64,000 nucleotides of DNA from Macrostomum lignano (taxonomy: Eukaryota), in the NCBI GenBank assembly GCA_002269645.1, contig NIVC01000751.1:192249-256248 (forward strand), given 5' to 3'. Position numbers and translations under genes: made by a program. Below, one piece after another: positions 52,476-59,330 of this stretch. The first letter of the stretch is position 1; each line of letters begins with the position of its first letter. The notes under the pieces are model-generated. The model was not told where the DNA came from, did no database searches, and saw nothing but the letters and a program-made list of their open reading frames with translations.

Positions 52476-55085
52476 CAAGGAGAAAGAGAGTAAAAGACCA
52501 GAGCTGCAGGGGAAGCCTGAAGGGCCAGATGGCCAACTGTAAAAGAATGAAAGGCGGGCAGCTCAAGCAGCTAACCGAAGCGTGTTAACGGGATGCACAG
52601 GCAGAAACATAGCCGGGCCGAGCTCCAGACAGCCTTTGCAGGTGAGAGTCAGTGGCGAGCCCATCCTAGCGCAGGCGAATGCAAAGCCCAAACCGGTGCA
52701 GCCGACCAAAAACAGGCCGCGACAGTCCCAGGCCAGGTCTCGAACCCAGGTTGCTGGGGCGCCTCGACTTCCAGCTTGGCCGCCGCCACCTCCTCCCAGG
52801 ACATCCTGGTCGGATAGGCCGATGTCACGCAGGAGTTGAACGTAGCGACTGCTGCCGGTGCCGCTGGCGGCGCTGCCCGACCCGGCGCCGCCTCCGGGCC
52901 CGCCGGTGCCGTTGCCGCCGGCTCGATTCCGTCCTCCGTAATCGACAACGCCCAGGCCCATCAAGGACGAGTGCGTGGCGCAGCCAAGCAGCACGTCAAC
53001 GTAGACAAGGCAGGCGGCTTCGGCTGAGCGCTGGTTGACGCACACAGCTAGGAGAGGCTGATTCGGGCAGAATCGAACCAGCAGAGAGCCGCGGACGTGT
53101 TCCACGGCGGCTTTGGAGCCGAATAGATCGGCAGGATAGCCGGTGCTAATCCAGCTTGAAATGAGCTCGCCAGGTGTGCTGCCACCGCCGGAGCGGCCAA
53201 CAATCCATCGGGATAGATTTGTGGCTACTAATAGGCGGCCCTCGTGATAGAAGCAGTAGCTAACTAGTACGCACGGGCCGAGGTACTGCGAATGTTGCGT
53301 GGGAAAGACATTACTGTTGACGGATTTTAAAACAGTTGAAACACCCACCTCGCTCCGCGACACCCCATTCCTGCCGACTAATAAAAACAGTTAAACACCC
53401 ACCTCACTCTGCGACACCCCATTCCTGCCGACTAATAAAAAACAGCTAAAACACTCACCTCATTCCGCGACACCCCATTCCTGCCGACTAATATTGTAAA
53501 AACAGTTAAAACACCCACCTCACCTCACTCCGCGACACCCCATTCCTGCCGACTAATAAAAACAGTTAAACCTCCTTACACCGCGACACCCCATTCCTGC
53601 CGACTAATAAAAACAGTTAAAACACCCTCCTAGCTCCGCGACACCCCATTCCAGCCGACTAATAAAACAGTTACTAAACATCCAACAAACTGCGACAGAC
53701 AAAAATAGCCTCACCTTGTCAACAAAGTATCCAACATCAACGCAGACTTCGCAGTTCTCATCAGGATCTGGCACGGGAGTGTCATAATCCCAGCGCAATT
53801 TGAACCAGCGACCACTTGGCTGGGATGAAGCATCGTTGCAGCTTCTTTCCCACAGGTAAATATCGGTAACTTCTAGTATCAGAACAATCACGCTGATGTC
53901 TTTGGCAACAAACAGTACCGGCGGGTTGCGTTTTGACAAATCTGCATTTTTTGTGTTATGTAATGTAATTGCATTGATATAAAAGGATTGAGTAGAGAAC
54001 CAGGTAGACAATCTAGCTGGTTTTATCTTGACAATCAATGAACGCTCAGATACATTGATATTGATGTTTTACAAGCGTATCTAATGTACATAGAAAAAAT
54101 GCACAATGGATAAATAGAGTTGAAAATACACTAATTATATGTCTGGCATTTTATTCATACTCTACTTGTAGTAAAAAATTGAATATTACACGTATAAAAT
54201 TGTTAGTAATGAAATATTATTCAATACCCTATTGATTGTAGAAATATAGACAAAATACGATAAATATTAACAAGTAAAAATTTATTTACTACTCTGCCTG
54301 TAGTAGCGACATTAGCATTTAATTTAGTGACGATTTTCAACAGTTAAAATTCGGGTTAAATTTTAAACAGAACGCCAATGCCAAAGACATTCAGCAACTC
54401 AGTGAACTCACTCTCTAAGGAGTTGTAGTGCGACGAGTCTAATGGTCCGGGAACGACATGGACAGCGTTTGAATCGCGACGATAAATCACTATTTGACCA
54501 TTGCTGCAGAAAGAGGCCAGATATTCGCCTGTTGATAGGATTACAGGTGGACAAAGAGATTTTTACACATAATCTTTTAAGAACATTTCAAACTAGTATT
54601 GTAAAATATCAAAATCCACAAGGATTGAATAGTGTGCATGCTTGTCAATAAGAAAGTACATTGCTTCTGTACACTCTGTGTGAGCATGTACCTGTGCATC
54701 CTCCACTGAGTAATACAGACCAAAAATGACAATTTATGAACAGACTTTGTGCTAGAATACAAATAAGAACTCACTCACCCTGAGCAAAGGTGCTCAATGC
54801 AAGATTTTCACTTTTATAGAAAGCAGCAAAGTTCTTCTTTTTCTTCTTGGTTTTGCCAGTTGGCAAGGTCAGAGTGGCAATTTCATCCTTGTTCAGACAG
54901 AATAGACCTTCCTTTTCCTGTTGAGACCAAGATTTTGGCAAGTAATATCAAATAAATAACTCTAAAATTGTTAAAACCATATCTTCATCAACAATAACCA
55001 TTACCTTGCCAAGCCATTGCAGGTTGGCACAAAGGGACTTCTTCTTTACTGGACAAGAAGAGACTGCATCCAGATAGAGTTCCAT
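22382..55085 (-). CDS. CPLANE1: Ciliogenesis and planar polarity effector 1 (C5orf42/JBTS17) orthologue, 23 coding exons, about 3224 aa
   Basis: N-terminus MELYLDAVSSCPVKKKSLCANLQWLGK|EKEGLFCL matches the CPLANE1 start (..WLGKEKE). Also GSLLVRF..LAVCVNQ, WVRDLAWD, LELGPAMFLPVHP, AHPRHPLFAMTDGY, GLLDEAIHVTGQLSDWK, LAWLVRW, and a C-terminal Joubert-type helix QLRQWMEQRRKEQLGQY. All 22 introns are GT-AG with matching phases, and the CDS sums to 9675 nt. Confidence 0.9.
23698..23900 (-). CDS. CPLANE1: CPLANE1 exon 22
   Basis: TTTTTCAG|CC (phase 1, matches the exon 21 donor across a 7.57-kb intron); donor CAG|GTGAGC. Confidence 0.8.
24664..24672 (+). promoter_or_regulatory. TATA-like box upstream of the hydroxylase gene
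   Basis: TATTTAAAA about 90 nt before the ATG at 24761. Confidence 0.4.
24761..26338 (+). CDS. Fatty acid hydroxylase/sterol desaturase superfamily protein (cholesterol 25-hydroxylase-like); exons 24761-25553 and 26160-26338, about 323 aa
   Basis: Histidine boxes WHAVHH, HSTHH, EAHSG, HDMHH plus hydrophobic segments. Donor CCCG|GTGAGT and acceptor GCGCAG|GA are both phase 1. AATAAA at 26510. Confidence 0.9.
25608..26100. repeat. 22-nt minisatellite (AATGTCCTTAGAAAGGAGCTGA)n in the hydroxylase intron
   Basis: Tandem units visible. Confidence 0.95.
26898..30347 (+). CDS. Intronless TRP cation channel: about 6 N-terminal ankyrin repeats + TRPM-like MHR4, 6TM and TRP-box (ORF open from 26820)
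   Basis: Ankyrin motifs (GQLPIHYA, HTPLHRAC, GRTALHIAV). TRPM-type motifs: PIWSILTGK..AVPVCLMAAGLL, LNCLHLAA..F....CQKAMDVAW, FYQIPAVKF, WNIFD, FGPKLKMIYKMIIKDL, FGEY, LWQFERFFFIASY...LPPPLN. Confidence 0.88.
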   Translation: MRQRQLVDWFNNMESTTFRELFPVHELTEEISGFFGYIKTRLPRHSLFAAQQQLNVPSGANDKAALAALQAKERKEAELLLRMQRAAEEKDMAALSGLFSPANVDRPVKDAMRLSDLAAALGSTPMLQLVLDHGGQINAKNAAGQLPIHYALTSPEVPATVAYLLERGADPNIPMPNGDFLMHKACSDSATTLLDLLLNHQADPGCLDSQRHTPLHRACINDLREHAEIVLDAAPDLINQQDAFGRTALHIAVENQNIQLMKMLLEQGATIDRETENGMTAIDSMMVTKNRGALKELIVYFTEKVSKDVRAYKMTDLYRSKHFRQFLNVLKLIDSEACKCYYRAREEDLEQKRETELKLVNDLLDVDEENTQDVMDFQSKMMAALKTGAIHDCTDNREIIDTIAIFTTKYILFREDVSMLQDVMHCGVIWRHVSQFLEEHIATLYSKTNKDASIISKLFAEQFIDYSAGGKRAALRRTALVKKVGDVLGMYQLSRVNVAHCLEVTNPIDTLPIWSILTGKMNLTLEFLSQVQFEAVPVCLMAAGLLRNLHKVLNVDTLELPSIAVLADQCEIFACKVVERMCMVDVSEHKKTTYQYLLQILPAFDNLNCLHLAANCGCDTFLRLDTCQKAMDVAWYRFLLDVNPIYREIIIALGCIPLNPLVSIALYRDYRRLAHAEQERRLSLDAVQSADQTEGSGSGGGGGGGGGSSRNRRTSFMIEDDDTRDATSTMFSDALEFQPPDPRLHGGTMAAKVSECCTLYYYFYQIPAVKFRYFTISHLVLLCTLSYVVQFQLNASITALEVFVYITAFGFVVEEAKKFVQSIWRQKLLDYVRNKWNIFDFVTSLIFLTGFVLRLVVLEYEPYSLDQTMLGLFDNRLWYCTRAFLGTYCLLLWVKLLNTSRVHQYFGPKLKMIYKMIIKDLLPFLFILIIFLLGFGILMCSLLYPNGYYAYNPNRMSLISMAKRLVQFCFFSVFGEYHLDTVNGENCEEVYTARTNNTLPCPNPQSTFIVPYILLPLYVTITTILLLSLIVALFSKTIEEIDCNSTALWQFERFFFIASYASNSSLPPPLNVLDMGRELLLKVCHRYLEQPQKPIEMDFFNQDVALKALIYQAIGMRNYRSELLITCANTKEAKAATIGVKRSASLFHH
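30566..31443. repeat. 16-nt minisatellite (GAGAAGCATCAGGGAT)n
   Basis: About 55 units ending about 25 nt from the exon 21 donor. Confidence 0.97.
31468..32324 (-). CDS. CPLANE1: CPLANE1 exon 21 (Joubert-domain helix)
   Basis: CTCTCTCAG|T phase 2; RTPEERAQLRQWMEQRRKEQLGQY; donor CAGG|GTAAGT. Confidence 0.88.
32410..33935. repeat. 20-nt minisatellite (GATGCTAGTTACTCTCTCTG)n
   Basis: About 75 units. Confidence 0.97.
33974..34066 (-). CDS. CPLANE1: CPLANE1 exon 20
   Basis: ACTTTCAG|C ... GC|GTAAGT, phase 2/2, open frame. Confidence 0.75.
34160..34371 (-). CDS. CPLANE1: CPLANE1 exon 19
   Basis: CTTCCAG|CTT ... CG|GTGAGA, phase 0/2. Confidence 0.78.
34430..35115. repeat. About 54-60-nt minisatellite (CATAAACCCTGGATCAGCCAGTCAAATCAGC...CACCCACCACCCCATT)
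   Basis: About 12 diverged units; related to 35915-36385. Confidence 0.9.
35156..35694 (-). CDS. CPLANE1: CPLANE1 exon 18
   Basis: GCGCAG|CT ... AGG|GTCAGC, phase 1/0; LQDMEKRLRLIADMSDRFDSDY. Confidence 0.8.
35790..35865 (-). CDS. CPLANE1: CPLANE1 exon 17
   Basis: TCTTCTAG|GAG ... C|GTAAGT, phase 0/1. Confidence 0.75.
35915..36385. repeat. 54-nt minisatellite (GGATCAGCCAGTCCAATCAGCGAGGAACACCCACCACCCCATTTAGCACAGGCCATAAAATT-type)
   Basis: About 8 homogeneous units. Confidence 0.92.
36518..37696 (-). CDS. CPLANE1: CPLANE1 exon 16
   Basis: CCCTCCAG|TTC ... TTG|GTAAAT, phase 0/0, within ORF 36476-37753. Confidence 0.8.
37733..38495. repeat. 22-23-nt minisatellite (GCTGGATGAAGGGATCGGGTCATGACCTA)n
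   Basis: Fills nearly the whole of intron 15. Confidence 0.96.
38531..38801 (-). CDS. CPLANE1: CPLANE1 exon 15
   Basis: TCTCTGCAG|G ... AAG|GTGAGG, phase 2/0. Confidence 0.8.
39461..39876 (-). CDS. CPLANE1: CPLANE1 exon 14
   Basis: ATCCCAG|CAT ... GT|GTAAGT, phase 0/2. Confidence 0.78.
39883..40020. repeat. (GACA)n microsatellite filling intron 13
   Basis: Directly visible. Confidence 0.97.
40029..40703 (-). CDS. CPLANE1: CPLANE1 exon 13
   Basis: CCTTCAG|ACG ... CAC|GTAAGT, phase 0/0; IADRLAWLVRW. Confidence 0.8.
40830..41075. repeat. 15-nt minisatellite (CTCTGGAAGCAGACA)n in intron 12
   Basis: Tandem units visible. Confidence 0.92.
41112..41721 (-). CDS. CPLANE1: CPLANE1 exon 12
   Basis: ACTCGCAG|A ... 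TTT|GTGAGT, phase 2/0. Confidence 0.82.
41797..42125 (+). mobile_element. tRNA-derived SINE
   Basis: A-box GAGCTCAGTGG (41800) and B-box GGCTCGATTCC (41845) at tRNA spacing; unique body; 3' hairpin CCAGGG/CCCTGG and A-rich tail. Confidence 0.6.
42111..42141 (+). other. Orphan histone stem-loop-like motif
   Basis: AATGAA..TAAAAACGGCCCTTTTAGGGC; matches the H2B 3' end including the upstream AATGAA. Confidence 0.65.
42461..42484 (+). other. Orphan histone stem-loop-like motif
   Basis: AAAACGGCCCTTTTAAGGGCACAC: 5-bp stem GCCCT/AGGGC, 4-nt loop TTTA; lacks only the basal C. Confidence 0.72.
42632..42829. mobile_element. hAT-type MITE (198 bp)
   Basis: TIRs TAGGGATTCCAA...TTGGAATCCCTA; 8-bp flanking repeats TTACGGAC/TTACGGAG (7/8); internal ATCCCGGGAT palindromes. 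Confidence 0.8.
42887..43655 (-). CDS. CPLANE1: CPLANE1 exon 11
   Basis: ATTTCAG|TT ... AG|GTAATA, phase 1/2. Confidence 0.85.
43683..43724 (+). other. Orphan, stem-degenerate histone 3'-end homologue inside the 102-nt intron 10
   Basis: GAACAGTTAAAACGGCCCTTTTACGGACAACATATGAAATTG versus H2B GAACGCTAAAACGGCCCTTTTCAGGGCCACCACATTCAAATTG. Confidence 0.6.
43758..43855 (-). CDS. CPLANE1: CPLANE1 exon 10
   Basis: ATTGCAG|C ... G|GTAAGC, phase 2/1. Confidence 0.8.
44117..44345 (-). CDS. CPLANE1: CPLANE1 exon 9
   Basis: AACGCAG|AC ... TG|GTATGT, phase 1/2; WTAEKCVELHLVSGLLDEA..LSDWK. Confidence 0.87.
44390..47332. repeat. About 2.9-kb (CTAA)n microsatellite with CTGA/CAAA/CTAG variants
   Basis: Directly visible; fills intron 8. 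Confidence 0.98.
47381..47758 (-). CDS. CPLANE1: CPLANE1 exon 8
   Basis: GTTTTTCAG|AC ... G|GTTGGT, phase 1/1. Confidence 0.78.
47865..49290. repeat. 21-nt minisatellite (CTCCTGACCTTTGGTCTGTGT)n followed by (GACCTCAGTCTCTATCCTCCAT)n
   Basis: Fills intron 7. Confidence 0.97.
49362..50294 (-). CDS. CPLANE1: CPLANE1 exon 7
   Basis: TTTTTCAG|CC ... A|GTGAGT, phase 1/1. Confidence 0.87.
50440..50978. repeat. 20-nt minisatellite (GAGGATGTGACACTTCAAT)n
   Basis: Tandem units in intron 6. Confidence 0.96.
51020..51786 (-). CDS. CPLANE1: CPLANE1 exon 6
   Basis: CCCCAACGCCGCAG|C ... CAG|GTGAGA, phase 2/1; QRYSVSAHPRHPLFAMTDGYSVSLLRF. Confidence 0.87.
51862..52472. repeat. Purine-rich higher-order repeat (about 130-170-nt blocks) plus (GA)n
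   Basis: The block GATACAGAGAGACTAGAGAGAGATAGAAGAAGGGTCTGAGATCC... recurs three times. Confidence 0.85.
52576..53285 (-). CDS. CPLANE1: CPLANE1 exon 5
   Basis: TTCGCAG|TAC ... CG|GTTAGC, phase 0/2; beta-propeller-like motifs. Confidence 0.9.
53335..53670. repeat. About 50-nt minisatellite (GCGACACCCCATTCCTGCCGACTAATAAAAACAGTTAAAACACCCACCTCACTCC)
   Basis: Six units filling intron 4. Confidence 0.92.
53715..53941 (-). CDS. CPLANE1: CPLANE1 exon 4
   Basis: AAATGCAG|AT ... AAG|GTGAGG, phase 1/0; IYLWE..SGRW. Confidence 0.82.
54412..54528 (-). CDS. CPLANE1: CPLANE1 exon 3
   Basis: TCAACAG|GC ... A|GTGAGT, phase 1/1; EYLASFCSNGQIVIY. Confidence 0.8.
54779..54917 (-). CDS. CPLANE1: CPLANE1 exon 2
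   Basis: TCAACAG|GAA ... G|GTGAGT, phase 0/1; EKEGLFCL. Confidence 0.82.
55005..55085 (-). CDS. CPLANE1: CPLANE1 exon 1 (start codon)
   Basis: ATG GAA CTC...TGG CTT GGC AAG|GTAATG. Confidence 0.82.
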
Positions 55086-56709
55086 AGGACTCCACTGGAA
55101 ACTGCTATTGTCATACCATGCACATTTTTCAGGAGACCAAAAGATTAAGAAATGACTAAGGTTCAGTGACTTATATTTTTTATAAACAAAGTAAAAATAT
55201 AAGAAAAATATAAATATAGATAAATAGCAATTTGAAATTAAAGCAAAAGATGTAAAAATTCTAAATTAATGATTAAGGTTATGTTTAGTGACATCATCTC
55301 ATAGTCTTGTTATCAAATGTTTAACAGAAATGGCATAGTGCTTTTGTTGGCATTTTATTATACATTTTAGTCTAAAGAAAATCTTAATTTTTGTGATAGA
55401 TTGATAGGCAATTAAAAGAAATATATTATTTAATAATAAGCAAGATTCATGTATAAAACTTTAAGATTTTTAAGTTATTACTATTACTATTATAATTATA
55501 TCTGACTCATTATAGGAGTGGTCAAAGACCAATGGCAAAAGCACCAATGGTTGTCCCATGGTTATGGAGAGAAAAAAGGCAAAGGAATTGAAATAAAACA
55601 AAGGGAAAAGGTGGAAAGAAAACAAGACAAAGAAAAAAGAAGCCTAAAAAGATCAAGGTAGGCCTAGTCTTTGAGATATCTGGCTCTTAAAAATGGATGG
55701 CCTAATACCCCTGGCTGGATGGCCTAATACCCCTGGCTAGATGGCCTAATAGGCCTAGCTAATGCTATAAGTAGAGAATCTATAATTTAGAGTAAGTGGG
55801 AATAAAGCATCACTTCTGTTGCTCTGTTCTAGGAAAAGGAAACCTAAGGAGAAGCTGTGCTAATTGTTGTTAGAATAGATACCATAGTGCAACTATAGAG
55901 CAGCAAAGGGAGGGAGGAGCTACTAAAGTTTACTAGGGCCTTGACTTCTAGAAATCTAAGGACAAAAGCAAGTTTACTAGGGGCCTAAGAGTTCTATGAA
56001 TCTTAAGGCTACATGTATATTGAACCTTGAAGGAGTCATTATGATCCTGATAGCCTTTTGCTCAATATGGTCGAATAAAATAATTTGGGACTCATAGGGA
56101 GATCTTCCATCTATATATAATGGTACAATATACAGGGAATGATATTAAAAAGAAACAGGTAGAAAATCACAAAAATCCTTTTGTTACTAATGATTATATG
56201 CTCCTATTCATTATGGCTTAGGATTAAACTTTATATTTCAATCTAAACCCCATTTGTTAACTTTTTAAGATCTATGGTATGCCTAATTGGAAATTCTTAG
56301 GATGCAACATTTATTCTAGATGCAAAAGGGATAATGGATAGCTAGTAGCTAGTAGGATAGGTTGTAATTTCAAGAAGGTCATTGATAAATTATTAAAAAG
56401 TAAGAATAGGGTAGGTCTAAGATAACCATGATATCCTAGTACACATTTGATTCTTCAAATTTCTTTCAAAATATATTTTTTATTTTAGGACAAAATACTA
56501 CACTACAGTGACCAGACAATTCCATAGTCTTGTAATGAACATGGACTCACTAACTAACTAGACAGGACATGTCCAGATAGCATAATCACTGCCTAGTAAA
56601 TTGGTAAAATAAACAACATGTTAGGCCTATATGATAGTGAATATGTATACTACTAGTAACCTATAATAGAAAATAAATTGTGTCTTTGAGTATATAAAAA
56701 TTGGCTAGT

Positions 56710-56887
56710 CAGTGGCGTAGCCAGGATTTTCTTCTGGGGGGGGTCACAGTCAGTCACAGGCTCACAGCAGCAACTGGGGGCAGGGGTGCTAGGCCTCTGC
56801 GATGGGGGAGGGGGCCTGAAAATTTGGCCTGGATTAGGCCCTAGCCGGCTGGGGGGTCATGGGGGGGGGCCCTTGGCTACGCCCCTG
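56710..56887. mobile_element. hAT-like MITE
   Basis: TIR CAGTGGCGTAGCC / GGCTACGCCCCTG (12/13); G-run-rich interior; TSD not recognisable. Confidence 0.6.
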
Positions 56888-57020
56888 AAAATAGTCCCAC
56901 CAATATTCGCTTGGACAAAGCTAATACAATTATAACATAACAACTAGGCATAGGGGTTGCATAGAGACTGCAACTTCTAGATAAAATTTCCAATTTATGT
57001 AGTACATATTAATAATATGC

Positions 57021-57223
57021 CAGTGGTGCAACCAGGGGGGACCCTAGGGGCCCTTCCCCTCCTTAGGCAGAAACCAGAAAAAAATCAAGGGGGTTGCAGG
57101 CGAATTTTCACCAAATTACAGAGCCGAGCCACCCTCTCCGGTCTCTGCCTTCCGCCTTTGGGTCTTTACTCTTTACCCTCCAGAATCCGCCCCCCTCCAA
57201 AAAAAATTTATGGTGGCGCTACT
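57021..57223. mobile_element. Degenerate MITE
   Basis: AGTGGTGCAACCA versus the reverse complement of TGGTGGCGCTACT (10/13); GC-rich interior in AT-rich context. Confidence 0.45.
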
Positions 57224-58479
57224 TTAAATAAAAAAGCAAATAAAAATACATATTTTGATCATAATTATCTAATGAGTTGAGTTGGTCCAATAAAAATAAA
57301 AGTATGCGCATCAGGTTACGGTATAATAATACGTCCTATTGTAAATTAAATTGCAAAGAAGAAGCGAAAAATAGCGTCAAAAAAACATTTAAAGCTTCTA
57401 GTCAGTAACTAAAAAAATATTTTAGGTCTTCACTGTTAGCCATCTACAGTAAATCTACTTTTATTTTTTAAATGCTCTAATATTTGATGAAAAGGTTAAA
57501 ACTTTGCAGGTTCGGGTCGTTCATTTTTAACTGTCATAATTTCACCACATCACCTGGGGGTACATTAATTTTTTTGCTCATTCAAAAACGAACCTATTGA
57601 GTTTCTGTAATTCACTGTAAGCCAAGCCATGGACAGTATATTGTAATATAGCATAATCGAAGACCAAAGTTTTATTGGTTTCATTTAAGTTTTAATGAGA
57701 ATAATTCATAGTAAAATATAGCCTAGGCCTACTGTACCTGTTTATTGGGCCTTAGATTCTTAGAATCATTTTTCACTTAATTTGTATTTAATGACTATTT
57801 TTTTAAATCAAGTCCAATTTTAGTGGTGGTAAGTTGCTTGGTTCAACTTGAATTCAAAATAATTTTGAGCAAGTTAAGCCACTTTTGTAGGCTAACATTT
57901 TAGTCTATTTGCTCTTCTAGTTCTAGATCTAGATAAAAATAGAAAATAATTATCTATGGCTAGGCCTACCGCCTACTTGCTACCATACTATGTCCATACA
58001 CTTCAGCAACAAGACATTTTAAAAATGGACATTTTAACAAAAAAATTTGGACAAATGATTTTTTGTCAACAATAGACCTTATGGCTTATTCTCACACACA
58101 TTGGCAATAAAAGAGAAAGAAATTTCAACAAAAAGCCTTCAATATGAATATAATAATTAATAAATAGCTATAGACATAGGCCTAAGTCTTAATTTGACAA
58201 TTGATTTTGATTGATATTAGGGCCTAATTAGTAGCAAGTAGGCCTATATTTGTTTTTCATTTACTTAAAACTTGAAAGTAAGACATACTACAGGCCTAGG
58301 CCTAGTCTATAAATATAAAATACTAAAATAAAATGAAACAGGCCTAATCATTCTATTTAAGTAAGTTTAGTTGGCAATTTCCTAGTTTACTGCGTCAAAC
58401 TATTTTTGGGTAGAAAATGAAAAGTTACATATTTCAATAGTTGGCAGTAATTTGAGAGCAGTCCAAAGTGTCAATAATA

Positions 58480-59330
58480 ATGCACAACCTAATATAGGAA
58501 GTTCCAAATTCTTTCTTCAAGAAGAGGTGGCGCCATAGGTACTCATTGAAGTCTAGGTGGATCTTAAACAGGGCGTCGCTGGTGCGTGCATTGCCCTGAA
58601 TTTGGCCTTGACGTGTGCCCATGACCCCTTAATGGTGTTTGTATGAATAGTTGGGTTGTGGGAGTCCACAAAGTGGAGTCAGTGATTGAGAGCCACATGA
58701 TTCTGCAAGCTGTTGTAAGCCTGCTATCCATCAGTCAGTATCTTTATGCCAGGAAATATATGCTACTAGATAATGGGCAGAAGTGTTTGAGCAGTGCAGT
58801 TTGGAACAAGCATCATCATGGCTTTGTTGGTGCCATATTCCACCATTCTGAGAACCCAATGACCTTCATGATAACCTTGCTGGTATTTGCGGCAGAAAAA
58901 CTTTTATTTATCTACCTCTACCTTATTAACAGGGCCACCAAGTTCCATGGGATGGTTGAACAAGTATTGGCAGCATATGTTGCAACAGAAATTGGCCTAG
59001 TCCATGGCAGTCTAGCGGGCAATGTGACATTAGCATTCAATCTAATACATAGGTAGGCTGCATACACAAAGGTAGATGAAATCTAGCAGCTAGGTGACAA
59101 TAAGATGGCTGCCCTTAAAGAAGCTACCCTTTGTAATCGCTTCCTATGTCTTGTAGATAGGGCATGACCAGGCATAGCCATTGATAAACTAGAGTCTATC
59201 TTGCCGTTATAGTTGCATGGCCAGAGCATCTAGGCATTGTTTGCAAGCCTAGGAGTTAAGAAGCAGCTCGTAAGTGGCCAGCCAGTACATAGTTGCCATG
59301 CCATCCAATATGAGCAGCACCAGCTCATGC
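58480..59330 (-). pseudogene. Decayed Merlin (IS1016/IS1595-ISXO2-like DDE) transposase
   Basis: Minus-strand translation: ITKGSFFKGSHL..LLDFIYL; D*ANFCCNICC; LGGPVNKVEVDK*KFFCRKY..G..EGHWV; LVPNCTAQTLLPII**HIFPG.KILTDG*QAYNSL; LNH*LHFVD..IHTNTIKGSWAHVK; then a frameshift to EYLWR. Multiple in-frame stops. Confidence 0.85.

Noticed and set aside
58643-59056. 137-aa plus-strand ORF
   Set aside because: Antisense to the decayed Merlin transposase; no independent features.
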